Positions 31,905 through 46,252 of a stretch of DNA of 64,000 bases are shown here, piece after piece (positions within the stretch are counted from its first letter, which is position 1; each line of letters begins with the position of its first letter). The position numbers were made by a program, and so were the translations under genes. A model generated the notes under the pieces. That model saw only the letters and a program-made list of their open reading frames with translations, did not search any database and was not told the origin of the DNA. This stretch comes from the human T2T-CHM13v2.0 reference genome, Homo sapiens, in NCBI RefSeq assembly GCF_009914755.1, contig NC_060928.1, one strand, 5' to 3'.

Positions 31905-34900
31905 ATACTAGATTTCTATTACTGATATAACAAATTACCACAAACTTAGTGGCTTAAAACAACACACATTTATTATCTTGGAGTTCTAGAGGCCAGAAGT
32001 CCAAAGTAGGTCTCAGTAGGCCAAAAAAGTAGGTCTTAACAGGGGTCAGGTCCTTCCTAGGGGAGAATCTGTTACCCTCACTTTCTAGCTTCTAGAGATC
32101 TCCTGCATTCCTTAGCTTGTGGCCTCCTCTCACAACACACCTTCTTATCTGACTCTCCGGCCACCTATAATGGCCCTTGTGATTATATTGAGCTTATAAT
32201 ACAGTTTGGATTGTCCCCGCCCAAATTTCAGGTTGAATTATAACCCCAAATGTTGGAGGTAGGACCTGGTGGGAGGTGTTTGGATCATGAGAACAGTTCC
32301 CTCTTGAATGGCTTGAGCTATCCCCAGGGTGATGAGTGAGTTCTCATTCTGAGTTCACATGAAATCTAGTTATTTAAAAGTGTGTGGGTCGGGTGCAGTG
32401 GCTCACGCCTGTAATCCCAGAACTTTGAAAGGCTGAGGTGGGCAGATTGCCTGAGGTCAGGAGTTGGAGACCAGCCTGGCTAACATGGTGAAATGCCATC
32501 TCTACTGAAAATATGAAAATTAGCTGGGCATGGAGGCACATGCCGGCAGTCCCATCTACTAGGGAGGCTGAGGCAGGAGAATCACTTCAACCTGGGAGGT
32601 GGAGGTTGCAGTGAGCTGAGGAGATTGCACCACTGCACTCCAGCCTGCATGACAGAGCGAGACTCTGTCTCAAAAAAAAAAAGTGTGTGGCACCTCCCTC
32701 CCACCCCACATCTCTCACTTGCCTCTGCTTTCTCCAGGTAAGCTTCCTGAGGCTTCCCTAGAAGCTGACCTGATGCCAGCACCATATTTCCTATAGAACT
32801 TGCAGAATGATGAGCCAATTAGACCTCTTTTCTTCATAAATTACCGAGTCTCGGATATTTCTTTATAGCAATGCAAGAACAGCCTAACATAGAAAATTGG
32901 TACCAAGGATGGGCATTGCTCTAAAGACACCTGAAAATGTGGAAGTGACTTTGGAACTGGGTAACAGGCAGAGGTTGGAAGAGTTTGGAGGACACAGAAG
33001 AAGATAGGAAGACAAGGAAATGTATGGAACTTCTTAGAGATTTGTTAAGTGGTTGTGACCAAAATGCTGACAGAAATATGGACGTTGAAGGTCAGGGAAA
33101 TGAGATCTCAGATGGAAATGAGGAACTTACTGAGAACTGGAGTAAAGGTCACCCATGTTATGCGTTAGCAAGGAACTTGGCTGCACTCTGCTCATGCTTT
33201 AGGGAATTTGTGGAAGTTTGAACTTTAGAGTGAAGATTTAGGGTATCTGGTGGAAGAAATTTCTAAGCAGCAAAGTGTTCAAAATGTGGCTTATTTCTAA
33301 CAACCTATGCTCAGATGTGAGAGCAAAGAAATGACTAAAAGTTGGATTTATATTTAAAAGGGAAGCAGAGCATAAAGTTTGGAAAATTTGCAGCCTGGCC
33401 AAGTGTCAGAGGGAAAAAAAAAAAGCTTTTTCAGGAGAAGAATTCAAGCAGGCTTTGGAGCAACCACTTGCTAGAGAAATTTGCGTGACTAAAAGGAGCC
33501 AAGAGCTAATAGCCGATACAATGAGCAAAAGGCCTCAAGGGCACTTCAGAGATCTGCTTGGCAGCCCCTCCCATCACAGGCCCAGAGGCCTAGGAAAAAA
33601 GAATGGTTTCCTGGGCCATGTCCAGGGCCCTGCTACCCTGCACCGCTTCAGGACACTGCTGCCTGCATCTCAGCCACTCTAGCTCCAGCTCCAGCTCCAC
33701 CCCTGGCTCAAAGGGGCCCAGGTACAGCTTGAGCTGATACTTTGGAGCCTCTCACTGCTCACTGCATCTCAGCCACTGCAGCTCCAGCTCCAGCCATAGC
33801 TCAAAGGAGCCCAGGTATAGCTTGAGTTGACACTTTAGAGAATGCAAGCTGTAAGTCTTGGTGGCTTCTATGTGGTGTTAAGCCTGCAGGTGCACAGAAT
33901 ACAAGAGTTAAGGAGGTCTGGCAGCCTCTGCCTAGATGTCAGAGGATGCATGAGAAAGCCTGGTTGTCCAGGCAGAAGCCCGCTGCAGGGGTTGAGCCCT
34001 CAGAGAGAACTTCTACTAGGACAGTGTGGAGGGGAAACGTGGAGTTGGAGCCCCCCGACAGAGTCCCCACTAGGGCACTGTCTAGTGCAGCTGTGGGAAG
34101 AGGGCTACCACTCTCCAGATCCCAGAATGGTAAATCCAGTGGCAGCTTGCAACCTCAAGGCAGAAAAGCCACAGATGCTCAACATCCTGTAAGTTTAGCC
34201 ATGGGGGCTGTACCCTGCAAAGCCAAAAGGGTAGGGCTGCCCAAGGCCTTAGGATCCCACCTCTTGCATGAGTGTGCCCTGGATGTGGGACATGAAGTCA
34301 AAGGAGATTATTTTGGAACTTTACAATTTAATGACTGCCCTGCTGCATTTCACACTTGCTTTTGGTTGATTTTTCCCATTTAGAATGGTAGTGTTTACCT
34401 AATGCATATACCCCATTGTATCTTGAAATTAAATAACTTGTTTTTGATTTTACAAGCTCATAAGTGAAAGGGACATGCCTTGTCTCAGATGAGATTTTGG
34501 ACTTTTGAGTTAATGTTGAAATGAGTTAAGACTTTGGGGGAATTATTGGGAAGGCATGATTGTATTCTGCAATGTGAAAAGGACATGAGATTTGGGAGGG
34601 GCCGGGGCAGAATGATATAGTTTGAATATTTGTCCCCACCCAAATCTCATATTGAAATGTAATCTCCAGTGTTGGTAGTGGGGCTTGGTGGGAAGTGTTT
34701 GATCATGGGGGATGGTTCCCTCATGAATGGCTTGGGCCATCCCCTTGGTGATGAGTGAACTCTCACTCTGAGTTCACATGAGATCTGGTCGTTTAAAAGG
34801 ACGTGGCATCTCCTTGCCTCTGCCACTCTCTCATTTGTTCCTGCCTTTGCAATGTGATGTGCCTGCTCCCCCTTTTCCTTCTGCTATAATTATAAGTTTC

Positions 34901-35215
34901 CTGAGGCTTCCCGAGAAGCCCAGCTGATGCCAGTACCATGCTTCCTACAAAGGTTGCAGAACTACGAGCCAATTAAACCTATTTCCTTCACAAAATACTC
35001 AGTCTCAGGTATTTCTTTACAGCAATGCAAGAATGGCTTAACAGTCCACATGGATAATCCAGAGTAATCTTCCTATCTCAAGATCTTTTACTTAATAACA
35101 TCTGCAAAGTCCCTTTTATCCATGTTAAGTAACATATTTACAGGTTCTGGAAATTAGGATATCAGCCTCTTGTGGCGGTAAGGGGGTGAGGGGATGTTGT
35201 TATTCTGTCTACCAC
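31905..35215 (-). mobile_element. MLT1 LTR split by the MST provirus (pieces at about 31905-32196 and 35044-35215)
   Basis: ACAAATTACCACAAACTTAGTGGCTTAAAAC; the consensus resumes at GGATAATCCAG after the MST element. Confidence 0.8.
32197..35043 (+). mobile_element. Complete MST (MaLR) element: LTR-internal-LTR
   Basis: 5' LTR 32197-32891 (with AluS at 32387-32682), internal region starting GAAAATTGGTACC, purine tract GGGAGGGGCCGGGGCAGAA, and 3' LTR 34613-35043. Confidence 0.9.
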
Positions 35216-36620
35216 AATAATTTCACTAGGCAGGTTTAAAACCAAATTCAAACCCATGCACTCTGAACACCTGCTTGCTTAACTACCGCATCCTTACCCT
35301 TCCATTATACACAGTAGAAGTTGCCTGGTTCTCGGCAAGAAGGCACTTAAATCGCTTTGAGAATGACTTTTCAAAATACACTGGACCCTCAGAAAGAAAG
35401 GATTCTGGGTTGTAGAAAGTCATCTCCCTCTCCTGAGTTCTAGAGGTAACTGTCTTAAATTCAAAGTAGCACTGAAGGGCAATTCCCATGTGGAAATATC
35501 TATACCAAGGCAAGAGTAATGTCCCACCTCTTTGCAATAAACAAATGAAAATGCTATAAGAAATCCGTCAGGAAAATAATCTCAGTTATTGTCACTATGT
35601 GTTTCTCTTTTTTGCTTTATTAAAAAATAACACAATTTTCAACATCCTGAAGCCTATTTGATTTTTCAGTGAGAAAGACAGTTTTTAATATTTTTTGTCC
35701 TAGTTGTGAGTGAGATATAACTGAAGATATGAGGAAAACTGATGATTAGGTTCAATTACAAAACAATAGAAAAACAGAGGGATACAAGTTAGCCTGCCCA
35801 AATAATTGAAGTAATCCCTTGGTTCTACTTCTTCAGTATCATCTCCTTCAAAGAAAGAGAAAATACACAAAAGTGCACAACAATAAACTGAATTTTTCCG
35901 CCACAACAACAAAACCTCATTTGAAGTATTAAGATGACTATGTAAGCACTCTCAGCAAGAGGAGAGAAGAGAAAAGAACGAAGAAGCTAGTAGTTAGTAA
36001 GAAAGACACAGAGGTATCCTCAATTCCCTTTTTAAACTACAACCCAAATGTAGGGCTTCCTTTTAAGTGTGACAGGCATTGTCTTTTGCAAAGTTGCTTC
36101 CTGAATAGATTTACAGGAAGCAGCTTTGTTTTACCATTGCTGAAAACATGTAACAATTTACATTTGCAAAGCAGAAATTGTGCAAACCCTAACAAAAGCA
36201 ACAGTTACTAATCAGAAAAACATCAACTCCAGTGAGAGGAAAATTCATAAAGAAACTTTAAAAAAATTATATTTATGGAAATTGATGACTTGCCTCCTTA
36301 AGAAGCACAGAAAGTGCATTTGTATTAATTCTTAACACTTTTTAAAGAGGTGCCCTCTTACAGTTTTTAGACCAAAAGTTGATTTTTAAGCCACGATTTA
36401 GAATTCAGAATGGACTTTCTAATAAAAATAGTGATAGAAATGGTGACTAAGTTTGAATGTTGGCCTAGAACAATCAATAAAAGCCATAAAAGTTTTGAAA
36501 TACTCTTCACTTGAAATGGAAAAACAAACAACACAGAAAATATAGTTGCAATGAAAGCTTTAAAACAAAATACACATTTAAAAATAGAATAAGTTTACCT
36601 ATAATTAACTCATTCACTGA

Positions 36621-36993
<373 letters not shown>

Positions 36994-38621
36994 AGAACTT
37001 GCCTTTTAGTGGTGTGTGGAAGAAGCAGTAGGGAACATAAAATAAATAAATGTATGACATGATAGATGTTAACTGTATCTCATAGACAAAGACTTGAGGG
37101 TCTAACTCAACAGAAAGTTTTGGGATTCAGTTCATGTTAAAGGGCTGCAAAAACAGCTTTTTATTTTAATGTGGTTTAACTTCACTTTTATGGATTCTTT
37201 TAATCTTATATATAGCAGGTATTTTATCAAGCCATGGAAAGTGAATGGGGAAAAATAGGTTAAGTTCAATTATAAAAATTATAAAAATGATTAAATTCAA
37301 TTATAAAACAATAGAAAATTAGGGAAATGGAGGGAAAGAGGGAAGAGAGAGAAAGGGAAAGAAGAGAGTCAGGGAAAGAAGGTAACTAGGTAGGAGTCAG
37401 AAGAGAGAGTGAATGGCAACAGTAAAAACCAGACCTCATAAATATGTACAATTATTATTTGTCAATTTAAAAAATAAGTAAAAAAAAAAAATGAAATGAA
37501 ATCTCAGCAAAAATGTCACAGAGGATATTTGAGTCTCCTTTTAATAGATTTCAAACACAATGTTATCACATTAGTAGAGACACATGAACTATATGGATTT
37601 TAATACAAATTACTTAAATATTTCACAAAAAAAGAGAAGGAAAGGATGAACGAGATTTAGGAAATTCGGAACAAGCATTTGCATGAAGGGGATTTACTAA
37701 AGGAGAGTCAACCAATTCAAGGTCTGTGAAAGTGCAAGGATAAGAGAAAAAACTCAGCATTTACACAATTTTCCAAAGAGGAAAGAAAGGAGGTGGGAAA
37801 AACAGAGAGTTTCACAGAACAGGGAGTTTGGCTGCAATCTGAGTAAGGGGTGGTCAGCTGCAGGGAGGCTCCAGAGTGGTGGGAGCAATGGGTTGCATGG
37901 TTTATCAACCAGGAGTCACTGCTATTTGGTGGGCGGGGAGAGCGAGAGAGAGAGCATATGTGTCAACTCAAAGAGTCATCTAATAAACTGTGTAGACTTT
38001 AATTTCATCACATGACTAGAAGTTAGTGAAATATTTGTGGGATGTGCACCACTCAGAACACACATCAACCTTTCTGGCCACTGAAATGTGAGTGCATAAT
38101 AGTCCCAAATTGACAGCAATCTAAATGTTCATTAAGAAAGAATTAGGTAAATTCTAAAACATAAGGGAATACTATGACAACTACTACAACAGTGGTATAA
38201 AGATTAACGTTAGTTGACATGGAAGATGTTCATGACATATTATTTAAATAAGATTAGTAACACAGTAGCATGTATGAATATTTCCTATATTAAAAATGCA
38301 TTTTAATTTCTGTGTAGAGATTTCTAAAAGGATGTTCAGAAAAATATCAATGGGTCACTAGGTGACTTTTACTTTTTTTCTTTTTGCCTTTTTGGGTATA
38401 ATTTTAATTATTTACAAGAAGCAAGTATCATTTTTATGAAACTAATGTTACTTAAAAAAAATTTAAAATTGATGAGGTTATATGCTTCTGTGAAGCTTAA
38501 CAATGTGATAACGGTGTCATTAACACACCCAGACCCAACAAACAACTTTTAATAAGATATTCCCTTGCTTTACAACAATGGGTTGGCCACCCAAAGAGAG
38601 ATTACTAAGAGTTTCATTTAA

Positions 38622-38927
<306 letters not shown>

Positions 38928-39194
38928 TGAAATCTTTTTAGTAGGGATGAGATAATACCTCTATAGAATGGCTGCAAATTTCCCTGGAGTAATAAGACAA
39001 GGGTCTCTTTTCAAAGACTTTTAAAAACCACCACAATTATATTTAATAGCTCCTTGTTTATATATTTTAGGGACCAGTCTATTAGTTGCTGCTAAAACTT
39101 ATAAATAATATGGTAAGATACTTGTATTATTTGAAACATACTATACTCAATTTAAGAGTGTTTCAAGCTTGCAGGCACCCACTTTACTTAAGTA

Positions 39195-39530
39195 CCAGTG
39201 TAAACAGGTCAGCTGATGGGTGTGTCACTGAAGAAATGAATGTTCAGTGTAAACAGTTTGTGGTACAGTACACTCCTCAGGCAGGTCCCACTGAACAATA
39301 GCACTAAAGAAAAAGAAAAGTTGTAAACAACTCCCCATGCGCCAAAAAACTCAACAGGTTTGACTTCATTTAACCCAAGCAAAAACTTCTGAACAGTCAA
39401 CATAAAGTAGCTGCAATCTGCCTAGTTAGATTAGGCAATAGGATGTAGTCACAGAGTGGATCTGCATTTCTTTCATACGGCTGAGAATAATGAGAAGAGT
39501 TAACTTAATGTATATGTAAACAGCTGGCTC
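39195..39530. promoter_or_regulatory. Candidate forkhead-motif enhancer
   Basis: Four TGTAAACA, one GTCAACA, two CAGCTG and one GCGCCAAA in about 330 bp of apparently unique sequence. Confidence 0.55.
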
Positions 39531-39958
39531 AATTCAGTCCAAGAAATATTTACCAAACACTTATTGCTTTCTTTGCCTGTGGGAAGTACTTCAGAGAATA
39601 CCATGGGTAAGGGCAAGATAGCCTCTCCCCTAAAGGAGCTTATATTATGGTATAAATAACATAATTAATAGAATGTTTCTATAAGAAAGATACAAACTAA
39701 TGCAGGTAGGTCATTGTGTATTTTTGGAGGTAGTCTGTTGTTTTGGGATTAAAAAAATATTATTAGGAAAGACCTCCTAGAGGAGGTAGTATTTGATATA
39801 GGATTTAAGGACTGGGTAGCATAATTATTAAACTAGATTTTTCTGGAAATTTTTTTTTTTTTACACAGCACCATCTAGTCATAATGAACCACCACACTAG
39901 CACATAATGAATCATAAACTAACATGTAATGAATCACCAAACTAACATACACTCTGCT

Positions 39959-40253
39959 CTTTTTTTTTTTTTTTTTGGAGTCTCACTCTGTCACCCAGGC
40001 TGGAGTGAAGTGGTGCTACCTTGGCTCACTGCAACGTCCACATCCCTGGTTGAAGTGATTCTCCTGTCTCAGCCTCTGGAGTAGCTAAGATCACAGGCAC
40101 GCACCACTGCACCCAACTAATTTTTGTGTTTTTAGTAAAGACAGGGTTTCACCACATTGGCCAGGCTGGTCTCGAACTCCTGACCTCAAGTGATTCGTCC
40201 GCCTCGGCCTCCCAAAGTGCTGGGATTACAGGCGTGAGATACCGCGCCCGGCC
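39959..40253 (-). mobile_element. AluS
   Basis: Reverse dimer with TSD CACTCTGCTCT. Confidence 0.95.
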
Positions 40254-40884
40254 CACTCTGCTCTTCTTGATAAGACAAAATATATAATAGAAAATCTAAA
40301 AAGATATATTTGTGTGCTGGTATTAGTTTTCTTAAGGCCTCTTCTGACATAATGGGGGGAAAATCACACAGTACAACTCTACATCTTTTACGTCTTCTTT
40401 CCTTTTATAATTGAACAGGCAAGACTAAGGCAAGACCTTACCAAATATGATAAATGGTACAATTTGAGCAGTTGTAGCATTCCTGTTACAGACAATGAGC
40501 ATTAGGCCATTCCTCACCAAGTGGAAGAAACAGTGCCTTTCACTGAGAGAGAGACATAGAAAGGAAAGGCATCTGCTGATTACTCATGAACTATATAAGG
40601 TGATCCAAAGTAGACTCTGGGTTTGTTGCTGTGCAGACAGCACTCCCAACTCTAGGATGGTCCTCTATCAACAAGAACACAGCAGACTTCTCTCAATTAA
40701 ACAAAATGTTCTTCTTTACATTACAAAGGTCAGACATCGGGACAGAATGGAAAGCAAGTATCAATCCACTTAAAATCTCATGAAGGAAGAAAAAAATGTT
40801 CAAATCACAAATTTTGTGATTTAAATACTGAATACCTAAAACACTGAAAAGAAACCTGAAAACAGGCAAAACTATCTTATATGT

Positions 40885-41442
40885 AGTTTTTTTAAGTTAA
40901 AAAAAAACAAGATGAAATTTGCCATCTTAATAATTTTTAAGCGTAGAGTTCAGTAGTCTTATTTATATCCACATCGTTGTATGACAGATCTCCAGAACAT
41001 TTTCATCTTGCAAACTTAAACTCCATATCCATTAAACATATCTCCTTTTTCCACTCCCCCAGCCCCTGCTAACCACCATTCTACCGTTTCTGTGAATCTG
41101 ACTACTTTAGATACTTCATATAAGTGGAGTCATACAGTATTTGTCTTTTTGTGACTAGCTTAGTTCACTGAGCATAACGTCGGCAAGGTTCGTCCATGTT
41201 GTAGTATGTGACAGGATTTCCTTTTTGAGGCTGAATAATACTCTCTTGGTTGTATATACTACATTTGTTTACCCATTCATCCATCCATGGACACTTGGAT
41301 TATTACCATCTCTTGGCTATTGTAATGCAGCTATGAACACAGGTGTGCAAATCTCTCTTTGAGACCCTTCTTTCAACTCTTTTGGATATATTTACCCAGA
41401 AGTGGATCATGTGGTAGTTCTATTTTTAATTTTTGGAGGAAT
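40885..41442 (-). mobile_element. L1MB-like 3' end
   Basis: GAAATTTGCCATCTTAA...CAGATCTCCAGAAC...CATATAAGTGGAGTCATACAGTATTTG. Confidence 0.85.
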
Positions 41443-42279
41443 GAGGTGAAGACATGTTATGTAGTTTTTGACCACTAATGTGATTTTTGAAACTGGACTA
41501 TTTATTAAATTCTAATTAGTTAGAAAAACAGTATAATATAGATTAATTCTGGGTGATTGCTTTTCCCAAAATAAATAAACATTAGACCCTTGTGAGCTAC
41601 ATCCCTCCCTCCTTTTCCCAGAGTATTAGAAATAAAACTGATCCTTCATATTCACTCATTCCTTCTTTGAACAAACATGCACTGAGAGCCTACTATATGG
41701 CAGGGACTATGTTCTAGGCGTTGGCACCAGAAAAACTAAACTAAATTGAAGTTTCACCTGTCCTCTCTTACCTTTGACCTTTTTCCTGCTATAGCCAAAT
41801 AAGTAAAGCATTAGCAGAACCATGGTTAATCCTTTTTGCCTGGAGGTTGGACTATCCTAAATATGCCCAACAGAAAGCTATTTTATTTTTTTCATTTCAT
41901 TTATTACCTACTTTCTTATTAATTAAGTCTAGGATGTAGGTTCAACTAAAGTTGAATCCCCGGCAGTCAGTTACAATGGTCATTATTTTTAGACCTGAGA
42001 ATAGTCCATAGAATAGTTCTATTCTATGTTAAGAGGAATCACATTAATAGCCTCTTCCAATGAACTACCAAAATAAGTTCATAAAATTAAATCAGAAATG
42101 TTATATTGAATTAAATGTCACTAGCTTAGCTCATGCAAAATGAAACACTCCACTCACTAAACTAGGATGGAGACATTTAACCTCCTAGAAAATTGTTATC
42201 CTTTCTCTTCAGTATTCTTGAACTTGATACCTGGTCTCAATATTCTCTAACCCAGGCTCTGCTATGCTTTGCAATTATA

Positions 42280-42515
42280 GTATAGATGTAAAGAATTCAG
42301 GCTCTGAGTCTTCTCTCTAGGTTCAAATCTTGGCTCTTTACTAGCCGCATGCATTGTGAAAGTTACTTAGCTCACATGGTCTATTTCTTCATTTATAAAT
42401 GTGAAATAATAGTACCTAACTTCTAGGGTTGTTATTAGGATGAAATAAGATAGTACATGTAATTTCTTTAGAACAGTACCTGACATAACAATAAACACTG
42501 TTACCTGTGATTATT
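42280..42515 (+). mobile_element. MIR
   Basis: GGTTCAAATCTTGGCTC...TTTCTTCATTTATAAA...ATAATAGTACCTA. Confidence 0.75.
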
Positions 42516-44444
42516 ATAATGATTATTTATTTGTATAGTGTTTCTGTGTGTTTTCCTCCACAAGCTCACTGAGAGCAGGCAGTACGTCTCTCTGATTTAT
42601 CTACTATACATTTGGTGCACAGTATGGTGAGAATAACTGAACTGCTGATTAAAGTCTGATTAAAGAGTCAGTGAATGAATAATCTCATTTCCCTACACAA
42701 TCTTATTTAATTTTTTAAATGAGAGCTTTCCCATGACAATCATTATTTTATATGTGATCATCTGCAGTCTAGATAAAATACACCAAATTCGTTTATGAGC
42801 ACGTTTATTGGTAAGTTCCATGTGGAACATTTTAACTCTTGTAGTGGGTAGCTGCAAATATATTCAGGGTCTTCATATTTATCTTAATTTATAATGTGAG
42901 CCCATTGTGGGATGCGGCTTAAGGAGAGTAGCCTTATCTTTGCTCATCATAGAAATGAGAGAGAATTCCATGTGCCTTACAACACAGAAAAGATGCCCGG
43001 CAAGAGCAATGGGTAGAAAACTCAGTGGGTCAAGCACTGTACCATCATAATTAGAAAAACAAATAAACCAAACTTTAATCAGCAGTTCAGTTATTCCCAC
43101 TGTGGGCAGGAGGTTGGTAATGGGGACAGAGAGGAAGGGAAATTCTTTTGGAGATGAAATCAGTTGATACTTGTTTATTACCAGGAGTTCCATGCTTGTT
43201 TTTCCGGGTATCACGTCTCTTAAACAGTGCCTAGTGCTGCCATGTGGAGGACACTGGCTGAGTGAGACAGGCTGTGGTGGTAGTGTGTGTGTGTTTACTT
43301 TCCACAATTACAGTCCACAGTCATACTGACTTTTCCTGTTTATCCCTTTCCACAGAAGACCTGCCATAATTTGCAGAGTCTAGCAAGTAGTTAGAAAGGT
43401 TTGTTGACTAAATGTGGAAGATTGGTAAGCCTCTGGGTACAATGGCCAAGAAGAGAAGATAAAAAGAACTATTTGCATTATCTCTGATACAAAGCACCCG
43501 CCTCAGGGACTTGAATATCCTAGTTATTAAAACTGCATTCAACTCTTGGCCACATCACCTACTTGGAAACAAAGGTCATCATCTGATTAAGAAATACTTT
43601 TCCTCCTGTTTGCTCAGAACACACCTTCTAAAGTTTCAACTTTGCAACACTTATGTTCTAAACAATTAGGGATAAAAGTAGAGGCCAAACAACCATTGTT
43701 TTCCAACATAGCAAGTACAAAAATATATAATCAGTAGCAAGGTAAAATTGACTCTGAAAAAAGCTTTCAAATTCTTTCTTCGCTATGACCGAGAATCAGG
43801 AGGGGATACAGTAATTACTTACTCTACAATGATTTTGTTTTCAGTTTAGAGTACTTGGCAATTGTTCATAATCTTTTTTTCTGCCCTATATGCCCCAGAG
43901 GATATACACTGTTCTTTCTTAATAACAAGGGAATCATAGACAATAATTTCCAAAAGTGTTTTGGACGTTTCTATTCCATTAATCCCCTTTTCTCCCACCC
44001 CACTTTCTTCCTTTTTTTTTACTTCATGTTCCTGCCCTGTTCTCCATATCCAGCAAAATAGGTATTTAAACAAAATAGACAGAAGAGCTTAAATCATTGC
44101 CTGAATTTTTTTTAAAGGACAGAGTGGCATTAATTTTGCCTCCACATTCATTCTCAAACTATTATTCATTTTTCAACAGAAATGCCTATAACGCTGTTAG
44201 GGATTTTGGGGTCACATAAAGGAATACAACCAGCTTCTTCTATCAAAGGAGATACACTTTAACTAAGGGGGTATGAAATATTTGTAAGGAAATTAAATAC
44301 TAATATCATCAATTTAAAAGATGTTCCAAAGAGGTCATATCATTGAATGCTATTAAGTCTTTAGTGACAGTATTAACTAACATTAAAAGACACATAATTT
44401 CCATCTCAGATTATCAAATCAAATCAATTTCTCAAAAATCTCAC

Positions 44445-44548
44445 AAAAAAACAAAATCTCACAAGTCACCACTAAAGAACTTACTCATGTAAGCAAACAC
44501 CATCTGTTTCCCCAAAACCTATGGAAATAAAAAATTTAAAAGAAAAAG
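44445..44548 (+). mobile_element. L1PB-like 3' terminal fragment
   Basis: AAAATCTCACAAGTCACCACTAAAGAACTTACTCATGTAA...GGAAATAAAAAAT. Confidence 0.75.
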
Positions 44549-44984
44549 ATAAGACTCCAGGATAATTTTCATAATTTCTGTGTTAAATATACGAAGCTGG
44601 GGTCAGAAAAGTGACTTGTCCAGGCAGCACAGATTTTCAGTGGCAAAGATGGGACTGAAGTCCAGGATCTTGATTGTTTGCCAATACAGGATGAAGAGCT
44701 CATGTGTAGAAATGATCAGGAGAGGCTTCCTAGGTGATGAATGCAAGCAGCTTGGCTCTAAAAGATGGCTACCAGATAAACTCATAGACAGGTTCAGGTA
44801 GAAGGTCAGGATGGGAAAATAAGGGCACCCTGATTGGAAGAAACATGTGAACAATGCATATAAGTGAATTTCCTATCATTTTCCAAAACCACATATCTAT
44901 TCTATTTCTGGAACATGCCAAGCTTATCCTCATCTTTGAACTTTTGCACTGAACATTTTCTCTACCTGGAAACAAAACAAAAGG

Positions 44985-45212
44985 TAACATTTACTGAGTG
45001 TATACTATGTACAGGTACTTTACATGTTTTAATTCATTTAATCCTCCAGTCTTTATCATGTGGGCACCATTATTTTGCTCTTATTACTTTACTTATTACA
45101 GAGGAGGAAACAAACTCAGAAAGGCTGAGAAAACTGTCCTAGGGCATAGAGATAGTGAATGCCAGAGCCTGGACTGGAATCCAGTCAGTCTAGTGCTGAA
45201 GCCTATGCTCTG
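44985..45212 (-). mobile_element. MIR
   Basis: AACATTTACTGAGTG...TTACAGAGGAGGAAAC. Confidence 0.7.
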
Positions 45213-45749
45213 AAGTGTTTTCTAGCCTGCTCACATTTCTGCTCTCTGTAGGGCTGACTTCTTCTACTTTAGATCTCAGCATCGATATCAGTTCTACAAA
45301 AAGACAATCTCTGGATTCCCAACCAAAACTGGTCACCCAGCCTCTTGCTATCACATCACCCTATTTCAGTCATAAAACAGTGCTGGTCATAGAGAAGGCA
45401 CTCAATAAATATCTGCTGAATGTATGAGGATTATGAAAAGCTTATTACAGTTACTAGAATTTTAGCACTAGACAGTCCCCTTGAAAAAGTATATTTCATC
45501 TTCCTTGTTTACATCTGAGAAAACCTGGATGAAAAGACATAAAACTTAAATGAGTAACTTCCAAAATCTACCTCAGCCCCCAGATATTCCTCTAATATAA
45601 TATAATTACGGTTGCCCATCTTTAGATTCTTATGGATGGCTCCTGGAAAATAGTAGAGGAGATGAGGCTATACAAGCACCAAATCATTAAAGGCTTTGAA
45701 TGCCATGGAAAAGAAAATATCACTAAATAAAGGTCTTGGAAACAAGAGA

Positions 45750-45890
45750 GAGATGATCTGAGAGAGAGAGATATATATATATATGATACATAATAATCAG
45801 ATATATATCAGATATATAGATACACTATATATATTTGATAGATGATATATTTGATATATCTATATAATACATATCTGATATATCTATATT
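45750..45890. repeat. (GA)n/(TA)-rich low-complexity repeat
   Basis: GAGAGA then degenerate GATATA repeats. Confidence 0.85.
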
Positions 45891-46252
45891 TTAGCCTTAA
45901 TAAATTTCAAAAATTGAGTATTATATAGACTGATCTTCAATTAGAAAGAAATTAAAATTTAACAAAAAGTAAACAACTATATATTTGGAATAAAACACAC
46001 TGCTAAATAACGTAGAGGTTAAAGAAGAAGTCATAATTGAAATTTTAAAAAATTTCAGAACTCAGTGATAATGAAACAAGAGATAGCAAACTCTGTGGGA
46101 CAGATGGCTTAATACGTTAGAAAATGAACCAAAAAATAAACCCAAAGAGAGGGATAATAAAAATGAGATGAAATTAATGACTTGGAAATAATAACACAGT
46201 AGGAAAAAATGATCAAAGCCATAAATTAGTTCTTTGAAAAAGCACAGAAGTT

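Noticed and set aside
32985-34383. ORFs of 75-145 aa in the MST internal region
   Set aside because: These are broken pieces of the decayed MaLR internal ORF.
35283-35537. 84-aa ORF as a possible extra FAM13A exon
   Set aside because: It does not match the recalled FAM13A protein.
42879-43307. 142-aa minus-strand ORF in unique sequence
   Set aside because: It has a non-ATG start, no recognisable domain and no convincing splice-site pair.
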